In this document: one piece after another, positions 30,835-44,340 of the stretch
Position numbering within the stretch: position 1 is the first letter of the stretch
Layout: every line of letters starts with the position of its first letter
Assembly (NCBI GenBank): GCA_964016885.1
Contig: CAXHJY010001082.1
Location: 20,513-84,512, forward strand
Direction: 5' to 3'
DNA: 64,000 nucleotides
Origin: Eledone cirrhosa
Taxonomy: Eukaryota
Notes under the pieces: model-generated
Told to the model about the DNA's origin: nothing
The model's input: the letters and a program-made list of their open reading frames with translations, nothing else
Databases searched by the model: none
Made by a program: the position numbers and the translations under genes

Positions 30835-30903
30835 GTGTATATATATATGTATATATATATATATGTGTATATATATATGTATATATAAATATATATATAT
30901 GTG

Positions 30904-30934
<31 letters not shown>

Positions 30935-30979
30935 GTGTAAATATATATGTATATATATATATATGTGTAAATATATATG

Positions 30980-31012
<33 letters not shown>

Positions 31013-31049
31013 GTATATATATATATGTGTATATATATATGTGTATATA

Positions 31050-31118
<69 letters not shown>

Positions 31119-31165
31119 GTGTATATATATATGTATATATATATATATATGTGTATATATATATG

Positions 31166-31228
<63 letters not shown>

Positions 31229-31255
31229 GTATATATATATATATATGTGTATATA

Positions 31256-31300
<45 letters not shown>

Positions 31301-31305
31301 ATATA

Positions 31306-31344
<39 letters not shown>

Positions 31345-31641
31345 ATATATATATGTATATATATATATGTATATATATATATATGTGTCTATATATATGT
31401 ATTTATATATATGTGTATATATATATATGTGTATATATATGTATATATATATGTGTGTATATATATATATGTTTATATATATATATGTGTATATATATGT
31501 ATATATATATGTGTGTATATATATATATGTTTATATATATATATGTGTATATATATGTATATATATATGTGTGTATATATATATATGTTTATATATATAT
31601 ATGTATATATATATGTATATATATATGTGTATATATATATA

Positions 31642-31674
<33 letters not shown>

Positions 31675-31909
31675 GTGCATATATATATATATATGTGTAT
31701 ATATATATGTGTATATATATATGTGTGTATATATATATATATGTGAGTATATATATATATATGTGTATATATATATATATATGTGTATATATATATATGT
31801 GTATATATATATATATGTGTATACATATATATATATATATGTGTATATATATATATGTGTATATATATATATGTGTATATATATATATATGTGTATATAT
31901 ATATATATA

Positions 31910-31976
<67 letters not shown>

Positions 31977-32036
31977 CTCTCTCTCTCGATATATATATAT
32001 ATCCATATATAAATTCTTAGACAAACACGTAAAGTC

Positions 32037-32090
<54 letters not shown>
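29930..32090. repeat. ~2.1-kb G-interrupted (AT)n array
   Basis: Direct reading. Confidence 0.95.
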
Positions 32091-32095
<5 letters not shown>

Positions 32096-32449
32096 AAGAC
32101 TATGTATATGTTATTTTTATTATTATAATATTTTTTTACAACACATAATTTCCAAGTATTCATACAATCATAGAATACGTTTGCAATGTTTTTCAACAAT
32201 TCTTCTGCTGTTTTACATTCTATGAAAAATTGTGGATTTACTCACGTACATAGCGTTCAGCCTCCATAACTCGTTACACCTGTATATTTGAACAGTTGCT
32301 TGCGTCCTTACACACACACACACATACACACACACATACACACACATATATACATACATACATACATACATACATACATACATACATACATACACACATG
32401 TATATATATATACGTATATATATATATATATGTAATATATATATATGTA

Positions 32450-32480
<31 letters not shown>

Positions 32481-32780
32481 ATATTTATATATATATGTAA
32501 TATATCATATTTATATATATATGTAATATATATATTATATATTTATATATGTAATATATATATTATATATTTATATATGTAATATATATATTATATATTT
32601 ATATATATATGTAATATATATATTATGTTTATATATATATGTAATATATATATGATATATTTATATATGTAATATATATATATAATATGTTTATATATAT
32701 ATGTAATATATATATATATGATATATATATGTAATATATCTATGTAATACACACACACACAGACATATATACACACACAT

Positions 32781-32836
<56 letters not shown>

Positions 32837-32854
32837 GTATATATATATATATCT

Positions 32855-33125
32855 AAATGAAGTAATTCCGACGGAAAGTTCCAGGAAAAAAGAGTGCTCT
32901 ATGTAGGTTAAAGAGCTTGTTAGTTATGTAATAAACATCATAAAAGATAATTATTTAATTTACCAGTGGTTTCTTGAAAGCAAGCAAAATTGGCTTTCAG
33001 TCATCAGAATGAAAAAAAAATAAAATACACCAGGATTTTTTCATTCTGATGACTGAAAGCAAATTTTGCTTCCTTTCAAGAAACCACTGGTAAATGAAAT
33101 AATTATCTTATGTTGTTTATTACAC

Positions 33126-33130
<5 letters not shown>
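32855..33130. mobile_element. Fold-back insert carrying two divergent HHR motifs
   Basis: Inverted arms ~32921-33017/33036-33130; (AT)n on both sides. Confidence 0.75.
33039..33099 (+). ncRNA. Hammerhead ribozyme motif
   Basis: tttcatt-CTGATGA-c-tgaaag/ctttca-a-GAAA-cc(act)gg-TA-aatgaaa; 7-bp stem I, GUA site; mirror copy on minus at 32954-33014. Confidence 0.75.
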
Positions 33131-33174
<44 letters not shown>

Positions 33175-33377
33175 AACAGCATCACAATGGGACACAGACG
33201 TTAACATAGGAGTACATAATAACACAAAAACATCAACACGGAGAGACTTATATACAAATATGGCTGCACATGTGCACAAATATAGACAGGTATGCACGCA
33301 TGCGTATATTTATGCCCGTATATAAGTGCAGATAGGTAACATCATTAAAAGGCAGCAGGTCTATATATCAGAAATAC

Positions 33378-33906
33378 AGTGTACGTAGTTGTATACACAT
33401 GTACATAGTTATATACACATGTACATAGCTAGTTATATACACATGTACATAGTTAGTTATATACACATGTACATAGTTATATACACATGTACATAGCTAG
33501 TTATATACATGTACGTAGTTAATTATATATAGATGTACATAGTTGGTTATACACATGTACGTAGTTATATACCCATGTACGTAGTTAGTTATATACACAT
33601 GTACATAGTTAGTTATATACACATGTACGTAGTTATATACACATCTACATAGTTAGTTATATACACATGTACGCAGTTAGTTATATACACATGTATAGTT
33701 AGTTATATACACATGTACATAGTTAGTTATATACACATGTACATAGTTAGTTATATACACATGTACATAGTTAGTTATATACACATATACATATTTAGTT
33801 ATATACACATGTACATAGTTATATACACATGTACGTAGATATATACACATGTACATAGTTAGTTATATATACACATGTACATAGTTAGTTATATACACAT
33901 GTACAT
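33378..33906. repeat. 20/24-bp minisatellite ATATACACATGTACATAGTT(AGTT)
   Basis: Direct reading, more than 20 units. Confidence 0.92.
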
Positions 33907-33990
33907 AATATATAATATTGATTTATTCTCGCATACTTTGACATCGATCCAGAGAAATTGTAGTCACATATACACTGACCTCTATACAAA

Positions 33991-34137
<147 letters not shown>

Positions 34138-34648
34138 TATTTTATATTAACATGTAGTTTATTTTACTTTAGTTATTTTGCTTTAATCCAGCAGAGAACT
34201 CAATCAATACTTGGAATAGTAGAATATAAGTAGAGAAAAGTCAGGGCCCGGCGACTGAGTTTTAACTGGCATTCGCTCTCGAAACAAGATCTCAGCCGTC
34301 AGTCCCGATTCTCCACTATATTCAAATACTTATATTCATGTTCGTATGTATACACAGAAATATATATATATATATACAGAAACATATATATATATATACA
34401 CAGAAACACTTAAATATGTATATATATATATATATATACATAATATATTCATATATACATATGTTTATATCCTATTTCCATGTAATTAGTCAACATCTAA
34501 TTCCCCGAAAGCGAAATAAATATTTGAACGATATATAAAGTAAATTTAATTAATTAACAAAACACTAATTAGAATTACATCATATATATATATATATACA
34601 TACATACATACATACATACATACATACATAGATACATACACACACACA

Positions 34649-34738
<90 letters not shown>

Positions 34739-35130
34739 ATGTATGTATGCATGTATGCATGAAAATGTATACATATATATGTATATATATATATATTTAT
34801 ATATATATATATATGAATATGTATATATATGAATATATATGTATATATATATGAATATGTATATATATATATATTTATATATATATATATACATATTCAT
34901 TAATAATATATCTATTTACATCACAAGGTCAGATTACCAATGAACAGGTAAATGCTTCTTTCCATTTTACTTCCTCCTCTCCATCGACACCCCGCCACCA
35001 TTTAATCACTCCCTCGCCCTCGTCCATCACACCATCATCATGACAATCATCACCAGCACCAACACTTATATCACCTCCTTTTCCTTTGTCACAACAACTG
35101 CAATCTACAATCACCCCCCCCCCCCACACA

Positions 35131-35191
<61 letters not shown>

Positions 35192-35299
35192 TCACTCACT
35201 CACTCACTCACTCACTCACTCACTCACTCACTCACTCACTCACTCACTCACTCACTCACTCACTCACTCACTCACTCACTCACTCACATATATATTTTT

Positions 35300-35517
35300 T
35301 TCGATCGACTTTCGTCAAATCGGACCAAGGAAACAATGTTTCCATTAGTCTTTCCAATTGCTGATACTATCTATCGGTCGCAACTCCAGGTAGAAGGAGC
35401 AACGTGAAATAAAGTGTCTTGCTCAAGGACATAACGCATCACCCGATCCGGGAATCGAACTCATAACCTCACGAGTGTGAACCCAATTCTCTAACCAACT
35501 CAGCCATACGCCTTCAC
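35300..35517 (-). mobile_element. tRNA-derived SINE, second family
   Basis: GTGAAATAAAGTGTCTTGCTCAAGGAC..GGGAATCGAAC (B box reverse complement)..CTAACCA. Confidence 0.8.
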
Positions 35518-35586
35518 ATATATATATATAATATGAAAACGAAGGGATTTCGTTTTACATGTATATATACATTTTTATTGTATACC

Positions 35587-35668
35587 GATCTGTTACGCGC
35601 GTTTCGCAGATGAAAAGCTCAAGGCCACCTATAGAAGTTTTGAACCCGACTGTTCATCAGACTGAATC
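35587..35668 (-). ncRNA. Hammerhead ribozyme motif, degenerate
   Basis: CTGATGA-acag..ctgc-GAAA-cgcgcg-TA; palindromic stem III ACGCGCGT; imperfect stem I. Confidence 0.6.
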
Positions 35669-35736
35669 ATAAGCGCAATATATATATATATTATTCACAC
35701 ACACACACACACACACAGACAGAAAAACACACACGC

Positions 35737-35809
<73 letters not shown>

Positions 35810-36544
35810 GAGTGTGTGTGTGTGTATATATGTATATATAACAGGATGATATTACTATCTACTCCAGAGCGAAGAAGGGAGTGTGCAACGTGTCTTTTAC
35901 ACGCTAGAAATAGCAGTTACATTTCCCTCAAATCATACTTTAATCTCCTGAACAATTAAGGAGGCTATTAGGAAATGAAGCCCTTGACATATCCTCAACA
36001 CACAAAGAAATTTACAACTGCCTTTCAGCAGTGTGACTCTCCATCAAACAGGATCTGATGAAAAATAACAAAAACTACAGTTTTAAGAAGGAATCAAATA
36101 TTTAAATGCAATAAATGTCCCAGAAACGTATGTAAGTTGTAAAATCTCAAAACAATATCTAGGGCTCATTTGTTTACACGGAGAAAAATTATTTTAATGT
36201 TTAGAATATGTTGAACATTAATTTCGAAGGCAGGAAAAAACTGTAAACACAGTTTATTACTATAAATAATATCTTGAAAAATCGAGTAAATTATCCTTTA
36301 TAGGGAAGATATGGCCAGCAGCCACAACAATAAACTGTGTTCCCAGTTCTTTCCTGCATTCGAGATTTTCTATATTTTCTATATTTTCTATATTTTCTAA
36401 TCATTTCAACTCACTCGACCCATCCCTCATTGTTTATTTATAAATTACGTTATATTTCATACATATTTGAATAAAGAAAATATGCATTAGACAAATGGTC
36501 TAGGATGGTGACGACTGGAATGCCTTTCATTAGATGAATTTAAG

Positions 36545-36695
36545 AATCAAGAATATTTAAACCGAATCAAGAAGATTTATATCGAACCAGGAAGATTTAA
36601 ACCGAAGATTTAAACTAAACCAAGTAGATTTATACCAAATCAAGAAGATTTAAACCGAAAATTTAAACTGAATCAAGAAGATTTAAACCGAAGTT
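36545..36695. repeat. ~20-bp degenerate minisatellite (AATCAAGAAGATTTAAACCG)
   Basis: Direct reading. Confidence 0.75.
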
Positions 36696-37899
36696 AAATA
36701 ACAGAAGTTCATTAGTGTTTTAAAAAAGAATGTGATCTTATACACGACAAATGCCACAAAGATTTATGTCAACAGTAAAACATTTACAAGAATTGCTATA
36801 AAACCAGCAAAATTCAACTTCTGTGATTCATTGGTTTAAAGAGTAAAACATAACACAAAAAAAAAAACATTCTTGTTTCCCTCATTGTAATTTTGCGCAA
36901 TGGGAACCATATCTTAATTTGTTCAATTGATGCAGAATGGAATAATCTTGAAATTTTTTTTATAATTAATTCCTTTTCTGGAGTACAAAAATAAAAAAAT
37001 ATGAAAAATGGGGTTAAAAAAATATTGTAATACAAAATAATTACAAATATAAAAATATAAAAATAGTCATCAATAACAATGGTAGCAAAGAGTAGAAATA
37101 AAATAAAATAAAATAAAATAAAATAAAATAAAATAAAATAAAATAATATAAAAATAAAGACTGCAACGACGACGGCAACAACAACAATAGCAGTGGTAGT
37201 AGTAGCAGTGGCAAAAGTTGTACTAATAGTAGTAATAATAATAATAATAGTAGTAATAATAATAATAATAATAATAACAATAGTAGTAGTAATAATAGTA
37301 GTAATAATAATAATAATAACAATAGTAGTAGTAATAATAGTAGTAATAAGAGATGTAATAATGATGACGATGATGATGATGATGAAGATGATACAAGAAG
37401 AGGAAAAACAACAACAACAATAGCAACAACAATAATACTATTCATGATGATGATGCAAATAATAATTACTAGACAGGCTGGATATATTTTGTAGAAAATT
37501 TATGGGAAATATCGCCTAACATGTATTTTAATTCAATTTATTTCAGTTATTGCGATTGTGTACATATAGAATGAAAACTAAATTGCAGACCGTGTTATAA
37601 TCACAAGAAAAAACAAAACCTAAAAGTCAGGGCAAAATTTAATGTTTGTCACTAGATGATAATAATCATTTTAACATTGACTCTAGTGTTTGGTGGATGA
37701 ACATAGATGCTAATCTAGAAGCTATAACACAATCTCGACATGTTTACCTCTATTCAATAATGAGAAATGCTGGACAAGAAAACAACATTTTGAGCCGAAG
37801 CGTTTGACATGTCTGTGGGTTTGTATGGTGCTGTTAAAGTGTGTGAAGAGGAAGGTTTGTATTTCATGAGCAGAGTTTAACAGAAAGACAGCAATGACG

Positions 37900-38930
37900 A
37901 CTATACTAGCATGAGATGAGATTTATGGAGACAACAGCCTCATAATTTTGAGGACCGGGAGTGAGCTCGTACCCGGCATGTTAACAAATAATAACAAACT
38001 TTAAAAAAATATCCACTTGAAAATAATATTGGAAACAAATACGGCATTTTCAATCTTCTTTGATGCATCATCGGTTCACACGAATCTTATAGAAAGTCAA
38101 TAAACAGCTCAAAATTCACCAAGTATGCAACCTTTTATCAAATTACATTAAACAATTATCTATAGCAATAAGCAAACTATTAAATCCCCTCTCCAGTGAC
38201 GAAATGAAACTTCAATAAAAAGATAGGAAATAAATCACACACTCCAAACAATGAAAGAAGCCCACAGTAGAAAGAGAAACATGAGGTGAGTCAGCCCCCA
38301 TTTAGTAAAAATCTCATGACTTGAATGGTAATGGCATTCATCTCTTCATTCAACAAACAAATTACACAAATTATTCAACAAAAGTGATACAGAATCCAAC
38401 TATTCTACCAAAGTTTCCATTAGAAATATCGTTTCATTACAGAACACAAAAAATATGTAACACCACACTGAAAATGCTAACAAAAGGGGAAATAATTGCA
38501 ATTACTAAACTACCGAGTAGTCTCGTCCTCCCCCTCAGCTCATGAGTACCTGTATCATGTATTGAGTCACTATTACTACAAATTGGCAGTACATCCTCCC
38601 AAATCGGCCTAATAGAACATTGATTTAAATTAGATTATATAAACACACGAGCTCTCCGAAACAACCCTTACAAGGAAAATACCACATCTTTGTTGAAGTA
38701 CATCTAGTAGAAGAAAGCTAAAGGTTGATAACACTCCCCAAAATAGTTCTGATCGTTGTCAGCTAAAAGAATCAGAAATGAAGTTCAATGATCTGGACAA
38801 AGATTTATGTTTTTGACAGAGAATATGTAGTATGTGTATGATCATCCACGAACTCCATGGATTCTTGTATTCTAGAACAAATATGAGCTTGTTCCATCGA
38901 AACACTTATAAAGAAAACATTTCAAAAGTG
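37900..38930 (+). pseudogene. Decayed Penelope-like element RT-EN remnant
   Basis: Ordered broken motifs IYGDNSLIILR (cf. GLYRDDGL), HLKIILETN..FFDA (cf. L.ITIE.N..FLDV), IKQLSIAISKL, RICSMC, NKYELVPSKHL (cf. NKRSELVSKCRH). Confidence 0.5.
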
Positions 38931-39699
38931 AAAACAAGCACGAGAAAATACATTTACCTTCTTGCTTAGGTTTTAATTTTGAAAAGTTATTACAAACATG
39001 AAATAGTAGAGTCGCAAATGTTTTACTTCACGTTAAGAAATTGGACAATGTCCATATTTGACTGTGAAGTTTAATAGAATACTTGAAAGATGATAATTTA
39101 TTATTTCATAATTAATTATATTGCTTCTAAACTGTTTAAAAATTAATTGCTTTAAAATTATTTCAAAATTGTTTTCATCAAAATTTGAGTGAATCAATTG
39201 ATATTTAATTCGCAAATTTTAATTCTAATTTTTCGTTTTTATTTTATTGTTGTTAATTTTACTGTTATAAGCTTTGATATCATTTGATGCAAATGGCCTC
39301 CAAGTATTCTCGCTATCTTATGTGTTGCTTCCATTAGAAATGCATAGTGCATTAATTGGTTGTATATACCAATGTTTAAAGCATCATTATGTGAGGCACA
39401 GAACCGAGCTTTGGGCTGTTTTCCTCTATTGAAAATAATTATCGAAAGCTCTCACCAAAGATAGTGTCTATAAAATGATCATACAGAAACCTCTAAAGGA
39501 TGTATCAACACCAACTATATGACATCTTATCCTAACATAGTTAGAGTTTCTTCTCATATATAGCTATCTACATATTTATTGTAAAATCACTTAACTTTTA
39601 ACTCTACAAAATATTGCATTGCTCTGTATAGTCACTGCCTTTGTCTCTCTCGCTTTCTCCATCTCTCACTATTATAAGCAAATGGGGGATCATGCTCTG

Positions 39700-40025
39700 A
39701 CCACCCCGCGGCCCCGGCGGACAGAATAGAGAAGGCGTTTCCTCGGAGGATGGTGAGGGAGACGCGTTGGAAGAGCCATTCCAGCTCGTGAGACTCAAAC
39801 CGGCAGGTAGCAATCCATGCCAATGGTGGTGAGTAGGGAGGTGGTACTAGGGCCAAGGACACCTGATATCTCCACTGCCACGGGTAGCCAACACTGTGCT
39901 GATAGTGGTGTGTACAGAGGTGCTCCTAGGGCCAAGGACACCAGAAGTCTCCACTGCAAAGGGCTCTACCGCAAACCTGTCGAAGAGCGACCGATATTTA
40001 GAGAGTTTACCTTGCTCGTCCTGAT
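39700..40025 (-). mobile_element. CRE-clade non-LTR retrotransposon restriction-like endonuclease C-terminus
   Basis: KLSKYRSL..FAVEPFAVETSGVLGP and WLFQRVSLTILRGNAFSIL motifs. Confidence 0.8.
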
Positions 40026-40329
40026 ACCAGTTCATCTGAAGCGACAGCCCAAGAAAATCTAGCACATATTCTTGACAACGAATTGAACAGAGACATGTAA
40101 AATGGAATATGCTCAAATACGTAAGGAAACATCTGCTCTTTGACTTCAGTTGTTATTGGCTGCTTGATAATAGTTTACCTACCCAACCATTTCACAAATA
40201 AATGGAATTGCATTTTAGCATTCAAATAACAGAACGTAAAGTGTATATTCAACTTGTACGAAACTTTAAGAAGACTATATTAAAAAGAAAGATGATATAA
40301 CATGAAATAGTCAGAAAGAATGAAGTAAT

Positions 40330-40383
<54 letters not shown>

Positions 40384-40604
40384 GTTGCGTGTGAGTGTGT
40401 TTGTATATGTGAGCGCGTGCGTCTGTGTCTGTGTTTGTCTGTATATAATATATAAATATCCTCACACATTACACACACACATATATACATATATATATGT
40501 GTGTGTGTGAGGATGTATATGTGAGCGCGTGTGACTGTGTGTCTGTGTTTGTATGCCTATAATATATAAATATGCCAACAAATATTATACATACACACAT
40601 ATAC

Positions 40605-40688
<84 letters not shown>

Positions 40689-41012
40689 CCAATTTCTGTT
40701 CAATTCCACCGTGTGTTCGTCGGTGATATGTTTCGTGACTTCGTGTTAAAAATACTTTGTTGAGTTAAATTATCTAATCTTCTGAATGTAAAGCTGTTTG
40801 AATCTTTCAGTGAAGTCTGTTAATATTTTATCGTATGTCTAAGCATAATTTGAACATCAAAATATTATGTAGATAGTAAAAATATGATTTCATAACAGTC
40901 AAAATAGATTGCTTATTACATTGTACATATAGCTTATTACGTTTTTAGTTCGTTTCAGCCGTCTATGGTAAGTTCATGATAGTGCAGCATCTTATATATA
41001 TATATATGTATA

Positions 41013-41193
41013 TAACGAAGGAATTGTGGTAAGGAACCAGATGGACCATAACGCACCAGAGTACTCAATACTTAGGGCAGTAGAGTGGGTAATAGGAAAA
41101 AGTATGACCCCGACGGCAGAGCTCAAGCCGTTTCGACGGCTATTTCTGGACTCCAGAAACGGCTTGAGCTCTGCCGTCGAGGTCATACTTTTT

Positions 41194-41198
<5 letters not shown>
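41013..41198. mobile_element. Fold-back insert, family A copy 2
   Basis: Homologous to 14761-14954; arms 41092-41134/41156-41198. Confidence 0.75.
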
Positions 41199-41225
<27 letters not shown>

Positions 41226-41230
<5 letters not shown>

Positions 41231-41475
41231 ATAAATATTTCGTATCTCCGAAGAAATACGGTTTTAGGAAGCCGTAGCTATGCAAACACCGGGGGGGGGG
41301 GGGGGGGGGGGCTAACGCCCTCTGGTGATGTCCAGCAGAAGCAAGGAGGCAACCATCTATGCATTTCAGGCTTAACTGGCCTTCGTCAGGACGGTCCCTC
41401 CCACCGCTTGCGACTGCTGCACTAGAAGACAGGCGAAAACCGTATTTCTTCGGAGATACGAAATATTTATACAAA
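41226..41475. mobile_element. 250-bp element with perfect 40-bp terminal inverted repeats enclosing an HHR
   Basis: TTTGTATAAATATTTCGTATCTCCGAAGAAATACGGTTTT at 41226-41265 and its reverse complement at 41436-41475. Confidence 0.8.
41352..41395 (-). ncRNA. Minimal hammerhead ribozyme, intact core
   Basis: accgtc-CTGACGA-aggc(cagttaa)gcct-GAAA-tgca-TA-gatggt; palindromic stem III ATGCAT. Confidence 0.85.
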
Positions 41476-41554
41476 TTGTATAAAGCTATGCTTGAAGCAA
41501 AATCCTAAATATTTATTTATTTATTTAATTATATAGTAAACAACACAGTATAAT

Positions 41555-41628
41555 TATTCCATTACCCAAGGTTTCACGAAGTTAGAGGATTCTAACAGAG
41601 ACGCCTTGTTCGTTCATCAGATGAAATA
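41555..41628 (-). ncRNA. Hammerhead ribozyme, intact core
   Basis: tatttcat-CTGATGA-acgaa..ttcgt-GAAA-cc(ttg)gg-TA-atggaata; 8-bp stem I, GUA site. Confidence 0.85.
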
Positions 41629-41714
41629 TTTCTATCTATATGTATATATTGTTTAGGGATCGATGCGTAGTTTCCAGCAGGTATATGGGTGTTGTTCTAA
41701 GCAGAGTGCAATAT

Positions 41715-41890
41715 TTGTTTCTACTTTAGGCACAAGGCCAGCAATTACCCAGTGTATTACTGGTACTTTATTTTATCGACGCCGTAAGGATGAAAGGCAA
41801 AGTTAACTTCGGCGGGATTTGAACTCAGAACATAAAGGGTCCTAACTCTTTGCTGCAAAGCATGGCGTCCGACGCACTACCGATACTGTC
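41715..41890 (-). mobile_element. SINE
   Basis: Same family as 10612-10785. Confidence 0.85.
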
Positions 41891-41938
41891 AGTGTAATAA
41901 TAATAATAAAAAGGACGCGGTGTTAGATTTTATTTCTT

Positions 41939-42023
41939 GAAGTGTGACGCGCGTTTCGCGATTGAGCAGCTGAAGGCTCGATTTGTACCAATCGGACCCG
42001 ACACTGAAGTTCGTCGGACTTCT
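41939..42023 (-). ncRNA. Hammerhead ribozyme motif, degenerate (related to 35587-35668)
   Basis: CCGACGA...gc-GAAA-cgcgcg-TC; flanked by an imperfect inverted repeat GGTGTTAGAT/ATCTAACACC. Confidence 0.5.
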
Positions 42024-42070
42024 AAATGTAATGAAGATCTAACACCTCATCTTTTTTATTATTATTATAT

Positions 42071-42134
<64 letters not shown>

Positions 42135-42145
42135 GTGTGTGTGTG

Positions 42146-42227
42146 TATCCCGAGTTCAAACGGGGATAACCACAGTAAATAAGGTACTCAATACATAGCA
42201 GAAGCAGAGTGTAAATATTCTATATAG

Positions 42228-42228
<1 letters not shown>
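42146..42228 (-). mobile_element. PLE terminal-repeat fragment, family B (diverged)
   Basis: TAACCACAGTAA.TAAGGTACTCAATACATAGCAGA matches 16582-16617. Confidence 0.6.
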
Positions 42229-42302
<74 letters not shown>

Positions 42303-42303
<1 letters not shown>

Positions 42304-43116
42304 TAGCAGCTGAGCCCGGTTGCACCCGGGGCCACTTTTTATTAAGTTAATAATTAAAAAAATATTATTGAAAGTTTATTATAAAGAAGCAGTTTCAGGA
42401 AAATAAATAGAAATATGCACTTGGGGCTGGACGGCGTACAATGAGAAGGTAAGGGTTTTATTTCTTTTGTTAGAAAACAGTGACCTTTTTCGATTTGGCA
42501 TTTCGTAAAATTTTACTGCAGAATCGATTTCAGAAAACGATACTGTATGATCGTTATAGAAGTATTTAAATTTAATATAGAGCAAGTGTAATTTGAAAAA
42601 TGAAAATGAAACGTACTGTAGAAGGCAACAGTTTATTAATCTGCATTTTCAAACTTGCATATCATCGACATTGCTATTTCCCTGTTAATAAACAACGCTT
42701 TTTACGTCGCTCCACCTCTCATTGTACGCCGTCCAGCCCCAAGTGCATATTTCTATTTTTTTCCCTGAAATTGTTTCTTTATAATAAACTTTCAATAATA
42801 TTTTTCAAATTATTGGTACTGTATGTTAACAGCGAAAGAACGTTGATGAGTTTAAAAATGTGTATGAAATTGTAAATAACTCATCCAAGTATTAGAATAG
42901 GGGGAAATAACTCACCGAACGCGATAGTAAATAGACCGTTTGGGGGCCCTAGGGACCACATTTTTCAAGTTAGAGATTTGAAACCTCGTCTATTTGCTTC
43001 CTTGGCACTTTTTACATAGGTGTGTAAATTTTCATGTCCGTCCGACCACGTCTACTACCATTTAACCGTGTACATCTGAATTTCAACCACCACCCATTTC
43101 ACAAATATATATTAGA
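42303..43116 (-). mobile_element. Non-autonomous Helitron containing a ~90-bp internal inverted repeat
   Basis: Minus strand A|TCTAATATATAT ... CCCGGGTGCAACCGGG hairpin plus CTAG|T. Confidence 0.8.
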
Positions 43117-44041
43117 TATATATATATACATATATGTATATGTGATGAATAGGAGTGGGTGTATCACTCGTTCGTTTCAAAATGCTGAAAAGCTCAATGT
43201 ATTAAACGCTTCTGGACAAATACAGAGCATCATTTAATTTAGATGAAAAACCAAATATAATACTTCAAATCATTTCAATTTTAAAGAAAAACAATTGCTC
43301 AATGGACTGGGTGCATTCTATCGTGGCACCACCACCATCACCAACCCCACCAAACACCACCCCCACCACCACCAACAGAGTGGTTGTCATGTTTTCGACA
43401 AATTTAAAACACCCTTTCTACATTACTTTCTACTTACTTTCGATCGTCAAGCACTTTTACAGAATGTACTGGGTGTATTTTATGGATGTATCAACAATCA
43501 ATAACATAACTTGTTCCAGCCTTTCAAAGAGAGTTCCCACCTCACCACTTCCACTTTACGTCATTTCCTTTTTCCCATGGTAAAAGTGTCCAAGAGTTCA
43601 ATTAGAATGGGAGTGTAGGTAAAGAGGATAAACGAGGAGTGTGAAGAGGAAAATGTAATAGGAAGATAGGGGAGACGGGGATGAAAAACTATTTTCAACT
43701 TCAAAGACTTACTATCGTTAATACTGTTAGGCAAAGATTCTCATTTAATTAATCTATGAGCAAAAGAGAACGACACTTCATTATATACCAATATATATCA
43801 ATTATAGATTATATTATAGCCGTGACATCAAAGAAGAACGAATATATGTGCTAAAAGTCTGATTCAGTCCAACATTACTTTATTTAAATGTGGTGGATAT
43901 GAAAAGAGACGCATTACCTTTATTTTATGATCGACCATTCATCGCATCATATATAAAGTGGTAGTCACCAGCCACACCTGCGAAAGGTAACACAATAATT
44001 AACTACATCACTTAGAAAATTCTGTAAATGTCGGCTTCTGT

Positions 44042-44340
44042 AATTAGGTCACATGTTACATAGAATGAGATCAAAGGTAAAATATAATTAGGTCCCGTGG
44101 ATGTAGAAGCAGGTAAAAGGTGATAAATAATTAGGCCACATGTAACATAGAGTTAGATCAAAGGTGAAATATAATTAGGTCCCGTGGATGTAGAAGCAGG
44201 TAAAAAGTGATAAATAATTAGGCCACAGGTAACATAGAGTTAGATCAAAGGTGAAATATTATTAGGTCCCGTGGATGTAGAAGCAGGTAAAAGCTGAGAT
44301 ATAATAGGGTCACAGGTAACATAGAGTTAGATCAAAGGAA
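44042..44340. repeat. 87-bp tandem repeat (~3.5 copies) built of two diverged ~43-bp halves
   Basis: Units start at 44042, 44129 and 44216; AATTAGG..AAAGGT occurs in each half. Confidence 0.88.

Noticed and set aside
34215-34325. GAAAC..CTCAGCCGTC with a flanking inverted repeat, similar to family A
   Set aside because: Core too degenerate (CCGGCGA) to call
36010-36145. CTGATGA..GAAACGTATGTA with a distant 9-bp complement
   Set aside because: The stem I partner is not adjacent to the core and stem II is absent
44042-44340. Repeat-spacer-like pattern
   Set aside because: The apparent spacers are themselves repeated; it is a tandem repeat
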